From NCBI GenBank assembly GCA_965197745.1, contig CBDANS010000005.1, forward strand, positions 288,001 through 352,000: a stretch of DNA of 64,000 bases, given 5' to 3'. The position numbers and the translations under genes were made by a program. This DNA comes from Opitutales bacterium (lineage in GTDB: Bacteria > Verrucomicrobiota > Verrucomicrobiia > Opitutales > PNEW01). Below are positions 11,849-21,809 of the stretch, one piece after another; positions within the stretch are counted from its first letter, which is position 1; every line of letters begins with the position of its first letter. The notes beneath the pieces were generated by a model, which saw only the letters and a list, made by a program, of their open reading frames with translations, was not told the DNA's origin and made no database searches.

Positions 11849-11907
11849 AGCTATTCGCAAGATTTCAAAAATGTAAGTTTTCACCACTAAATAATATACA
11901 TTGAGTT

Positions 11908-12648
11908 ATGAGTCATTTACGTATCCTTATCTGGAATGAATTTGTTCATGAGAAGAAACATGAAGCGGTGAAATCGATCTATCCCCAGGGTATACATGAA
12001 ACAATAAAGGCCGGATTAGAATCGTGTGACAGTGAGCTGAAAATATCAACCGCCACCCTGGAGGAATCTGAGCACGGTCTGACTGATTCGCGATTAGCCA
12101 AAACGGATGTGCTTTTATGGTGGGGACACATGGCTCATGATAAAGTTGAGGATATGATTGCAAAACGCGTGCAGAGTCGCGTGCTTCAAGGTATGGGGTT
12201 CATTGCTCTGCATTCCGCCCACTTTTCAAAGGTTTTCAAGAATCTCATGGGGACCACCTGCGACTTAAAGTATCGAGAAGCAGCTGAAAAAGAGAGGCTT
12301 TGGGTATGCAATCCGGGGCATCCCATAACTGCAGGAATAGATGACTGCCTGGAGATTGAAAATACGGAAATGTATGGTGAACCGTTTGATATACCACCCC
12401 CCGACGAGCAGGTTTTTATTTCATGGTTTGAAGGAGGAGAGGTCTTTCGCAGTGGCAATTGCTGGCGTCGAGGCAATGGTAAAATTTTCTATTTTCGACC
12501 CGGTCATGAAACCTACCCTATCTTTTATAATAAGATGGTAATTCAGGTAATATACAATGCGATAAAATGGGCCGCTCCACAGGGGTACTGGCAAAGTTCA
12601 TTGGCGCATGTTCCTATCGATAAAGCGCGTGAAAAAATCACCCGCTGA
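11908..12648 (+). CDS. ThuA-like (trehalose utilisation) domain protein
   Basis: IWNEFVHE, YPQGIH, DVLLWWGHMAH, LHSAHFSK, GGEVFRSG, YFRPGHETYP. Confidence 0.88.
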   Translation: MSHLRILIWNEFVHEKKHEAVKSIYPQGIHETIKAGLESCDSELKISTATLEESEHGLTDSRLAKTDVLLWWGHMAHDKVEDMIAKRVQSRVLQGMGFIALHSAHFSKVFKNLMGTTCDLKYREAAEKERLWVCNPGHPITAGIDDCLEIENTEMYGEPFDIPPPDEQVFISWFEGGEVFRSGNCWRRGNGKIFYFRPGHETYPIFYNKMVIQVIYNAIKWAAPQGYWQSSLAHVPIDKAREKITR

Positions 12649-12698
12649 TTTTATCTGCCTTCGATAGTGGATACAGGGGGTTACCCTTTGTCAGGGAA

Positions 12699-13685
12699 TT
12701 AATAATACTTTACAAAAGCGTCTCGTCGCAAACGCTCGATCCATATCTTTTGGGCATGTCGGGCAATCTGATTGGCAAGAATGTTTTCAATACGATCTCT
12801 AACCTGGGTGAGCGGCTGAATGGTTTCGTCTTTTTTGTCTTCTACGTAGAGAATGAATATCTGACCTCCAAGTGAAATAGGGGTACTGTGTTCGCCGGGT
12901 TTTAAATCGAAAGCGACCTCGCTTAATTCGTCTCTCAAATCAGCGCGCTTTATCCAACCCCAGTCTCCACCACGATCTCGACGTGAATCCTGACTATACC
13001 TTGAAGCGAGTTCGTTAAAGCTGTCATCATTTTCCAATTCGACGATAATATTTTCGGCTGTTTGACGGAGGAGGTCGGGACTTTCGTCGGCAAATGGTTT
13101 GAGCATGATTAATCGAAGATGCACACTCTCTTCTATATAAAAGAGAATTTTGTTGTCATAGTAAAACCCCTCGATTTTTTCAGGGCTTACTTCAGACTGT
13201 GACTTGCGCATTTCCCCTCGCATTGAACTCACAATAATGCGCTCTTCTAAATCTCTGCGAAATTCTCGAATCGTCTTCCCTTGTGATTCTAAATGTTTGA
13301 GAAATGAATGTCGGTCTTTGTTAAAATCCTCAATTATTATTCTATCGAGTTCATTCTCGATTACCGACCTGGGCACTTGTAGTTCCTTTTTCTGAAAAGC
13401 TGCGACCATGAGCACTTGATCGACCAGATTTTGAAGGATTTCCAGGTAGAGCTGAGACATCTGCTGATGAAACATCTCTTCAGAATTTGATTCTCCACGA
13501 ATCTGAGGAATGAGGGGTGCCATCTCTCGCCTTAATTGTTCATAGGTGATGATCTTCTCTTCCACGACAGCAGCGATTCCATTCTGGTAGGGAGGGATCC
13601 AAATTGGATGTATTTTTTGCGCAACCAATGGTGATCCAAAACTGATCAGAAGGAGAATAAACAGGTAAAAGGCATTGACCTTCAT
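12699..13685 (-). CDS. SurA-like parvulin peptidyl-prolyl isomerase
   Basis: Signal peptide, GIAAVV N-domain, FNELASRYSQD..GGDWGW rotamase motif. Alternative start TTG 13697. Confidence 0.82.
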   Translation of the reverse strand: MKVNAFYLFILLLISFGSPLVAQKIHPIWIPPYQNGIAAVVEEKIITYEQLRREMAPLIPQIRGESNSEEMFHQQMSQLYLEILQNLVDQVLMVAAFQKKELQVPRSVIENELDRIIIEDFNKDRHSFLKHLESQGKTIREFRRDLEERIIVSSMRGEMRKSQSEVSPEKIEGFYYDNKILFYIEESVHLRLIMLKPFADESPDLLRQTAENIIVELENDDSFNELASRYSQDSRRDRGGDWGWIKRADLRDELSEVAFDLKPGEHSTPISLGGQIFILYVEDKKDETIQPLTQVRDRIENILANQIARHAQKIWIERLRRDAFVKYY

Positions 13686-13693
13686 TTTATATC

Positions 13694-16600
13694 TCAAGGG
13701 TAGCGATTAATCAGGAATGATCTAATTTCTTTCAACCTTGATAGCGGGTTGCGTGACGTCAATCTTGGAAACTGATTTCCATTTTTGATAAAATTATCAT
13801 GCTTACCAGAAGCGAGTAAACATTTTAAACGATTACCTTCAGATTCGACTGTAAGAATACCGGTGTGTTCCGCCAAAATGCGAATAACCGTGGTTAAAAG
13901 CAAGGCTTCTACATATTCAGGGATGGGGCCGAATCGGTCTTTAAGCGTATCGCTGATCTCATTTACAGCATGTTCGGAATCGGCCAGTGCCAGGCGACGA
14001 TAAAAATCAATTCGGAGGCGTGTTTCAGAAATATAATCTCTCGGTATATAGGCCGTGATGTATGGGATTCTGAATTTCTTAAGTTCCTCATCTTTAAGCA
14101 CATCAAATGCTTCTTTTGGGGATTCAACGGTGTTCTGACCCCCCTCTCCAATGACCACAAAATCGAGCCGAACATTAGCGCGAATATTGAGGGCTGCGGT
14201 ATCTCCCTTTAGGCGCGAAATACTCTGGCGTAAAAGTTGGCAATAGAGCTCAAAACCAACGCCGGCAATATGACCACTTTGTTGTGAGCCAAGTAAATTA
14301 CCCGATCCTCTAAGCTCAAGATCTCTCATCGCAATTTTAAATCCGGCCCCTAATTGTTTGTATTGTCGTATTACCGATAAGCGTTTGCGCGCATGGTCAA
14401 GCAACTGAGTATGCCGATGTAGCAGGAGGTAAGCATAAGCCTGTTGCTTAAAACGACCCACACGACCGCGCAACTGGTAAAGTTGAGAGAGACCGAAACG
14501 GTCCGCGCCTTCGATGATGAGCGTATTACAGTTGGGTATATCCAGGCCGGATTCGATGATAGTGGTACATACAAGAACATCGTATTCTCCAGCTACGAAT
14601 TGGGTCATTATCTCTTCCAGATCATTCTCTGGCATCTGTCCGTGACCAACCGCTATTCGGATATCGGGCAATAATTCCTGTAGCCGTTTCGCCACTGAGT
14701 AAATGGATTGCACGCGGTTGTGCAGATAAAATACCTGGCCGCCTCGCGTCATTTCATAATTAATCGCCTCTTTAACCAGCTCGATACTATAGCTTTTTAC
14801 TATTGTCTCAATGGGCAGTCGATCTAGGGGAGGAGTATCAATGACACTTAAGTCACGCGCCCCCATGAGGGCGAGGTAGAGGGTACGAGGTATGGGAGTG
14901 GCACTCATCGTTAGCACATCTACACTTTGACGAAAGTGTTTGAGTTTTTCTTTATGTTTAACTCCAAAACGATGTTCTTCATCAATAATGAGCAAACCCA
15001 GATCGTTGAAATACACATCTCCACTCAGGAGACGGTGGGTGCCGATTAGAATGTCAATTTTTCCCTCGATAACTTGCCTGAGAATTATTTTCTGCTGCTG
15101 TGGGGTGCGGAATCTGCTCAGCATTTCAACGACAACAGGATAGTCGGCCATTCGCTCACGGAATGTATTGAAGTGTTGTTGGGCCAAAATCGTAGTGGGC
15201 ACGAGGAGAGCGACTTGTTTGCCATCCATTACAGCCTTAAAGGAAGCGCGCAGGGCGACTTCCGTCTTACCGTAACCTACATCGCCACAGATTAGTCGGT
15301 CTGCCGGTTGCCCTATTTCCATATCTTTTTTTACGGTTTTAATGGCAGAGAGCTGATCCGGCGTTTCCTCGTGAATAAATGAGTCTTCAAATGCTTGTTG
15401 CCATTCTGTATCGGGAGCAAAAGCATGACCTTTATCGAGGCTGCGTTGCGCCTGAAGACTGAGAAGTTCTGCGGCGAAATCGAGGGTTGCTCTTTCAGCG
15501 GCATGACGGGCTTTTTCCCATCGATTGGTTCCTAATCGTCCGAGGGTGGGTTGAATTTTGGAAAGACCTACATAGCGAGTGAGCAGGTGAGATTCATGAA
15601 GGGGCAGGTGAAGAATTATTCCATCGTCAAATTCAAGGGAAATGACTTCCTCCTTCTTATTACCGAGATCCATATGGGTGACGCCTCGATAGATACATAT
15701 GCCATGCTGTAAATGAACGAGGTTATCACCTTCAGCCAGTTCAGAAAAATCAAGAAGTTGGTCTACTTGCGCCTTTACCGGCAGCTGACGTTTTCGATTT
15801 CCTGCAATACGCCGGCGATAGCGACCGAATATTTCACTATCGGTTACAACGACAATACCCCGACGGCTTTTGATATTCTCCCATTTAGTTGCTTTATGGT
15901 CAGAAGAGAAATTAAAAATGAAGCCTTGATGAAGGGCGCCTCTTAGATAATGCGGTTTGAGTTCAGACAGTTGATCACTTTGTGATAATATTTCCTGTAA
16001 CCTTTTTTCTTCTCCCTCGGTTTTAGCAATAACGTAGATGGTATAATCTTCCATTTGCCATTCGAGTACCTGTTTCAGGAAATCTTGACGTGCCACCTCT
16101 TCACTCTCGACGCGGTCAAGTCCCAATTGACCTTCCAGAGAGAAAGTTCTGTGATTGCTTAAAGGTTGAGATGAATTAATCATGCGGATGCAATCCGAGC
16201 CGAAAATTGGATCCTCGGTATCGAGATCGGTGAGGGCGAACCAGCGGTCGAGAAAAGGATCGCGGCGTTCAAATAGATCCTGAAATGTAGGGAGGGAAGA
16301 AGGCATGCGTTCAGGATAACTGAAGAGCGAGGGAAATTCCCGATGGAGATTCGAAGGTTCCCAAAAAATCCAATTCACTTGATCGCCCAGGTAATCGAAT
16401 ATATGCCGTTCGCGGTACGGAGTATTATTCAAGGACAGGGCAGCGATAGTTATTTCTTCAATTTTTTTTGCTGATCGTTGTGTCGTGGGATTATAGATTC
16501 GGATTTCATCGATTTCATCACCAAAAAAATCAATACGATAAGGTTCTGTTGCGTTGATGGGATAGACATCAATAATTCCACCACGGATAGCATATTGACC

Positions 16601-17107
16601 GGGTGATTCGCAGAGAACTTCACAATCGTACTGCAGTTCCCGACCCAGTTTATCGGCTAACTCCTGAAAATGACAAAATTTACCGACGGAGAGATGAATC
16701 TCACTTAAGGCAAGGGTTTCACGCGTAGGTGATGGTTGAAAAAAGCCGCGTGGTGTAGTGATGACGACAAGACGTATATCGTTCAATGGAGCGTCATAAA
16801 ATTCATTAAGGCTTGTCAAAGTAGCAAACCGATCAAATTCCAACTCTGTTAATTTCAATTCATCAACATTTTCCGGAAGAGCCGGAAGAACTTTAATACT
16901 TAGAGTAATCTCATCGCCTATAAGTTGATTGAATAATTCTATATCTTCAGACCATTGTTCTGCAGTTTTTAAATCATGAACAAAAATAATATAAACCGGA
17001 GCGGGATGCTTTCTTATGATATTTCCACAAAGAAACGGAGCGGCAGCTTCGGTGATGCCGTTTAAGTGTAGTGCCGTGTGTGGTTGGATGAGAGTGGCGG
17101 ATTTCAT
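13694..17107 (-). CDS. mfd: Transcription-repair coupling factor
   Basis: RGGIIDVYP, CGDVGYGKTEVA, IIDEEHRFG, ATPIPRT, QLRGRVGR, TRCF domain. ATG 17107 gives an ATGA overlap with rnc. Confidence 0.96.
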   Translation of the reverse strand: MKSATLIQPHTALHLNGITEAAAPFLCGNIIRKHPAPVYIIFVHDLKTAEQWSEDIELFNQLIGDEITLSIKVLPALPENVDELKLTELEFDRFATLTSLNEFYDAPLNDIRLVVITTPRGFFQPSPTRETLALSEIHLSVGKFCHFQELADKLGRELQYDCEVLCESPGQYAIRGGIIDVYPINATEPYRIDFFGDEIDEIRIYNPTTQRSAKKIEEITIAALSLNNTPYRERHIFDYLGDQVNWIFWEPSNLHREFPSLFSYPERMPSSLPTFQDLFERRDPFLDRWFALTDLDTEDPIFGSDCIRMINSSQPLSNHRTFSLEGQLGLDRVESEEVARQDFLKQVLEWQMEDYTIYVIAKTEGEEKRLQEILSQSDQLSELKPHYLRGALHQGFIFNFSSDHKATKWENIKSRRGIVVVTDSEIFGRYRRRIAGNRKRQLPVKAQVDQLLDFSELAEGDNLVHLQHGICIYRGVTHMDLGNKKEEVISLEFDDGIILHLPLHESHLLTRYVGLSKIQPTLGRLGTNRWEKARHAAERATLDFAAELLSLQAQRSLDKGHAFAPDTEWQQAFEDSFIHEETPDQLSAIKTVKKDMEIGQPADRLICGDVGYGKTEVALRASFKAVMDGKQVALLVPTTILAQQHFNTFRERMADYPVVVEMLSRFRTPQQQKIILRQVIEGKIDILIGTHRLLSGDVYFNDLGLLIIDEEHRFGVKHKEKLKHFRQSVDVLTMSATPIPRTLYLALMGARDLSVIDTPPLDRLPIETIVKSYSIELVKEAINYEMTRGGQVFYLHNRVQSIYSVAKRLQELLPDIRIAVGHGQMPENDLEEIMTQFVAGEYDVLVCTTIIESGLDIPNCNTLIIEGADRFGLSQLYQLRGRVGRFKQQAYAYLLLHRHTQLLDHARKRLSVIRQYKQLGAGFKIAMRDLELRGSGNLLGSQQSGHIAGVGFELYCQLLRQSISRLKGDTAALNIRANVRLDFVVIGEGGQNTVESPKEAFDVLKDEELKKFRIPYITAYIPRDYISETRLRIDFYRRLALADSEHAVNEISDTLKDRFGPIPEYVEALLLTTVIRILAEHTGILTVESEGNRLKCLLASGKHDNFIKNGNQFPRLTSRNPLSRLKEIRSFLINRYP

Positions 17108-17814
17108 TTCGGATCTGATTCGCCCTTCTTTGACCATTGGATGAGGGCGTTTCGCGCGGCGTTTTCCTCCGCTTCTTTTTTAGAGAATCCCGTTCCCTCA
17201 CCCATTTTTTCTTTATTAACCGTTACTTCAATTTTAAATAACTTCTCGTGATCGGGCCCTGATTCTTCAGTTGTAATATATTCAATAGCATCATTACCAA
17301 ATTCAGGTTGCACAAGTTCCTGCAGTTGACCTTTGGGGTTATATTCAAGGAATATACTTTCTCCTTTTTCTCTCAGATTGCCAAACCAATCAAGAACCGT
17401 TTTCGAGGTTGTCTCCCAATCACTATCCAGGTAAATGGCCCCTACTATGGCTTCAATTACATCTTCCAATATTGAATTGCGGGAGCGATTAATATTTTTT
17501 TTCTCGCTCTCGCTTAACCGAATGAATGGTTCAATTCCCAATCGGGATGCAAGGTCTGCGAGATAAGTTCCGTTTACGAGAATCGCCCGATTTTGGGTGA
17601 GGACTCCCTCTCTCGAATCAGGTAAGGCCTTATACAGCGCATCGGCAAGAATGGCTGAGAGCAGAGCATCACCGAGAAATTCGAGTCTCTGATTGTGCTC
17701 TCCTTCTTCAGGATATTGCTTATGGTATGAAGGATGGGTAAGACTCTGTTGAAGGAGTTCTGGGCGTTTAAATTGATAACCGAGAATCCCTTGAATAGGA
17801 GTAATGTTACTCAT
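17104..17814 (-). CDS. rnc: Ribonuclease III
   Basis: NQRLEFLGDA, EAIVGAIYLD, dsRBD motifs GPDHEKLF and SKKEAEENAA. Confidence 0.96.
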   Translation of the reverse strand: MSNITPIQGILGYQFKRPELLQQSLTHPSYHKQYPEEGEHNQRLEFLGDALLSAILADALYKALPDSREGVLTQNRAILVNGTYLADLASRLGIEPFIRLSESEKKNINRSRNSILEDVIEAIVGAIYLDSDWETTSKTVLDWFGNLREKGESIFLEYNPKGQLQELVQPEFGNDAIEYITTEESGPDHEKLFKIEVTVNKEKMGEGTGFSKKEAEENAARNALIQWSKKGESDPK

Positions 17815-17926
17815 ACTATTTTCCTCAAAAATTTATAAGAAATAAGCGCTAATATCAATGAAGTTTGAGAAATATGAATTATGTAAATATGGAATTACTT
17901 CCGTTATCGACACGAAATTATGGGTT

Positions 17927-18706
17927 TTAACCTAAGTTAAACCTACCGATCACTTCACTTGCCAGATCCCTGTAAGCGAGACTTCCGGCACTGTGTGGAT
18001 CGTAGTGCAGGATCGATTGTCCGAAACTTGGCGCTTCGCTCAAACGAACAGAACGCGGTATGACCGTATTAAAAACTTCATTCACGAAATGACTACCTAC
18101 TTCGATAACAACCTGTCGGCTGAGATTTGTGCGACCGTCGTACATAGTCATGATAATACCGCCGATTTTCAGCGTGGTATTGACCTTAGCCTCTTTTAAT
18201 CTTTCTACGACTTGAAGGATCTGGCCTAAACCTTCCATGGCGAGATATTCGCATTGCAGGGTAATAAGCAGGTAGTCTCCCGCGGCCAGACCGTTCATGG
18301 AGAGCAGTCCAAGAGCCGGGGGACAATCTATGATGATTACTTTGTATTTATCTGAATTTTTCAATGGTTCGATACACCGCTTCAATTGTATCAAGTAGTC
18401 ATCCTCCTGGCTGAGTTCTATTTCAAGAGCGGCAAGATCAACTTCTGATGGTATAAGATATAAATTATTAATGCTGGTATCAACTATCCGATCAGCGGCT
18501 TCGTCTTCACCTGCAAGTGGCCCATACATGCTTTTCCCCGCAGTTTTTTCGATGCCAATTCCGCTCGTGGCATTACCCTGGGGATCAATATCTATGAGTA
18601 GTGTAGGAATATTTTTTTCCGCGAGAGCCGCTCCGAGATTGATCGCAGTTGTCGTTTTACCAACACCACCCTTTTGATTAGCAATCGTAAATACTTGTGC
18701 CGCCAT
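17927..18706 (-). CDS. parA: ParA/Soj-family ATPase
   Basis: NQKGGVGKTT, DIDPQGNAT, IDCPPALG, IPRSVRLSEAPSFG; no parB adjacent. Confidence 0.9.
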   Translation of the reverse strand: MAAQVFTIANQKGGVGKTTTAINLGAALAEKNIPTLLIDIDPQGNATSGIGIEKTAGKSMYGPLAGEDEAADRIVDTSINNLYLIPSEVDLAALEIELSQEDDYLIQLKRCIEPLKNSDKYKVIIIDCPPALGLLSMNGLAAGDYLLITLQCEYLAMEGLGQILQVVERLKEAKVNTTLKIGGIIMTMYDGRTNLSRQVVIEVGSHFVNEVFNTVIPRSVRLSEAPSFGQSILHYDPHSAGSLAYRDLASEVIGRFNLG

Positions 18707-18866
18707 ATCTGGACAAGTATGCAAAAGGCGGCATCAACAAGTCTAGCCCGATTTTTGAAAAAATTGATTCAGGTTATTCAAAGAATGCAATTTTATAGAG
18801 ATTTAAAAAATCTCTTGAAAGATCCTAACCTTTATTTATTTTCTATGATGCTTGTTTTATCCTAGA

Positions 18867-18941
18867 GGCGCGGTAGCCAAGTGGTAAGGCCGGAGTCTGC
18901 AAAACTCCTATACGCCGGTTCGATTCCGGCCCGCGCCTCCA
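18867..18941 (+). tRNA. tRNA-Cys(GCA)
   Basis: Acceptor stem GGCGCGG/CCGCGCC, anticodon arm GGAGT-CT GCA AA-ACTCC, T-loop GGTTCGATTCC, encoded CCA. Confidence 0.97.
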
Positions 18942-19224
18942 TCTCTTTTAATAAATCTGATGATAATTAAGACTAGGGCTATAGGTATTAAATCTATCGT
19001 GAATATAGAAATGTATTTATGATTTTTCATTCACAATTATTTTCATGCCCGAAGTTTTATTAAATGTTATACTTTTTTCCGGGGATTGCGTTTAACCTCT
19101 GTGAAGTCATAATTCTGTTAAGCGTTATTGTATAGCGCTATTATATCTTCATTGATTTTTTTTAAAATTATTATACTATGTAATTTAATTTCAGGCGCTG
19201 ACGGTTAATACATCAAAGAATTCG

Positions 19225-21432
19225 ATGCTGCAACCAGCTTTTGGTTATCGTCCATTTCCCGTAATTTTTGTAATTATGGTGACTCTCCATTTTGGCGTTG
19301 TGGGAGGAGAGCAGCCCGATGAAGAGATTGTTGAGATAGATGAATTCATTGTCTACGCTCAGAAAAAACCGGAAAAGATTCAAGAGGTGCCAATTTCTTT
19401 AAGCGCTTATGCCACTGATGATATCGAAGATTGGGCGATACGTACGAGTAGAGATGTAATTTCCCAAACACCAAATCTACAGTATAATAAAACCGGTTTT
19501 ACCTCGTCCCACCCGCTCATCTTTTCACGGGGTGTCGGGATAAATGATTTTAATGTGAACTCTAGCGGCGCGGTTGGTGTTTATTCCGATGATATATATT
19601 TAAATTCACCATCGGGGCAGGTTATACAACTCTTCGACATTGAACGTATTGAAGTTTTGCGCGGTCCGCAGGGAACATTGTATGGGAGAAATACCACCGG
19701 TGGCGCCATTAATTTCATTTCCAAAAAACCAACGGGAGAAAAGGAAGGCTATGCCCAGGTCACTTATGGCAGCTATGACCAAATAGGTATTGAAGCCGCC
19801 TTTGAAGTGCCTGTGGTCAAGGATAAATCAGCATTACGCGTGTCTTTTGTCTCTAATAATCGCGATGGTTATACCTAAAATCTTTTAAATGGTAATGATG
19901 AAAATGAAATTGAAGTTTGGGCCGCAAGAGCTCTGTTGAGTATTTCGCCGAGCGATAGTTTAGATATTCTTGTTAATGTTCATGGGTGGCGCAATAGTGC
20001 CGGTTCCGGTCAATATCAGAGTGGGGGATTGATTGATGGGGCTGATGCTTTAGGTTATATCGAAAGTGCGGATCCTCTTACCGGTTCATACAGCCGTGAT
20101 GATCAGGAGAATATCGATTCCTTTGGCGCATCTGTAACTGCAAATTGGGAATCTCAGAATTTTGTATTGTCTTCGATAACAGGATATGAACAAACGGAAA
20201 AATTAATATTACAGGAAACAGATGCGAGTCCTAACCAGTTAATTGAAATCGATTGGTTCAGTGATGTCTCGCAGTTTTCCCAGGAAATTCGATTGACTCC
20301 CAATAGTGCTGATCGTCTCGAATGGATCACTGGCCTCTACTTTTTTGACGAAGATTTGTTTTCCAAAAATCAGTTCGATATATTAAGATCGTTGCGTGCT
20401 CTCGGTGTTCCTTTTAACCTCGAAAGTCCAACGGACGGGCCCTTCCTCGTAGAGCAGGATTACGATCAAGGGACTACCAGTTTTGCCGCTTTTGGTCAAT
20501 TTACCTACAATTTAAACCGTAAATTATCATTAACAGTTGGAGGGCGCTACACCTATGAGGAGCGAACTTTCAACCTTAATTCGGCTTTTGTTGAACCGGA
20601 ATTTCGCATCCCTTTAATTGATGCTTTCAGGAGTAAAATTGATGATAATGTATTTTCTGGAAAAATTGGTATCACTTATAAACCGAGTGACAGCTATATG
20701 TTTTATGCGAGTTTCAGCCGCGGATTTAAAAGCGGTGGTTTTAATGGGGGGGCCCTTTTTTTTCCTGGAGAAGCTACGGCCGTAGAACCTGAGTTTTTAA
20801 ATTCGTTTGAAGTAGGATTTAAGTCTTCCTTCTACGAAAACCGGCTGCATTTTAATACCACGGCTTTTTATTATGATTACGATAACTTACAGGTATTTAA
20901 TCTGAGGAATTTTGGTGATGTCCCCAGACAGGTATTGCAGAATGCTTCAGATGCCCGAATCTACGGGCTCGATGCCGAATTAGAGGCACAACCCGTGGAG
21001 AGATTATGGACCCGGTTGGGATTAGGGCTTCTTAATACAGAATATAAAGATTTTATTGTCGGTGATGGCACCGACTATTCTGGTAATGAACTCGTTTCAG
21101 CACCGGATGTGACATTTAACGGAGCTGTAGGCTACTCCTTCCCTCTCGGTAGTCTTGGTTCCATTACGACACGCATGGATTTTAATTTTAATGACAATAT
21201 GTTTTTTGATTCGTCGAATACGAGTCGTATTGGAGCAGATAGTTATTGGTTGTTGAATGCCAGAGTAGCATTCGAAACAAAGAATGGACGATACGCGTTG
21301 GCTTTCGTTGGTAAAAATCTAACCGACACCGTATATTTAACTGAAGTCTTTGATTTATCCGACTTTGGATTTGATCAAAAAGTCATGGGGGCCCCTAGAA
21401 CATTCGCTGTTGAGCTGACCATGCGGTTTTAA
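19225..21432 (+). pseudogene. TonB-dependent outer-membrane receptor interrupted by one in-frame TAA (19876-19878)
   Basis: ORFs 19225-19878 and 19936-21432 share a frame and read through as NNRDGYT*NLLNGNDENEIEVWAARA. TonB box EFIVYAQ, plug motif IERIEVLRGPQGTLYGRN, SRGFKSGGFN, terminal Phe. About 735 aa if read through. Confidence 0.85.
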
Positions 21433-21495
21433 ATTATACAGTCAGGGTTGATTTACTAAGAATCAATTCCCGACTAGGGTTGGCTCAATTCGGTC

Positions 21496-21538
21496 ACAGC
21501 ACACTTCTCTATGTATTATAAGGTGTGCTGTTTTTTTT
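21496..21538 (+). terminator. Putative intrinsic terminator after the TonB receptor
   Basis: Stem ACAGCACACTT/AGGTGTGCTGT with a 14-nt loop, followed by a T-run. Confidence 0.5.
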
Positions 21539-21809
21539 CATATCTGTATTGCGGGATTGTGCCGATAAAAACTTTGCTTGCAGAATTGGCTACCGTGTAT
21601 ATGAATTCTAAATGTAAAGCACGCTCATCTGTGTGGTTTACATTTTTTTTACTATAATTATTATAGCTGAAAAGAGCGGCGGGCAAGGGATCCACAATTA
21701 TTGCTTAAGATGTTGATATTCAATTGGAAAATAAATATCTGCACCAGCAGGAGGCGCCGGGTATAGATAGCCGATTGAGCACGAATTTGAGAAGATAGAA
21801 AATTGATTG

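Noticed and set aside
17927..18706. parA as a plasmid or prophage partition module
   Set aside because: It is co-oriented with core rnc-mfd and has no parB, rep or phage genes nearby.
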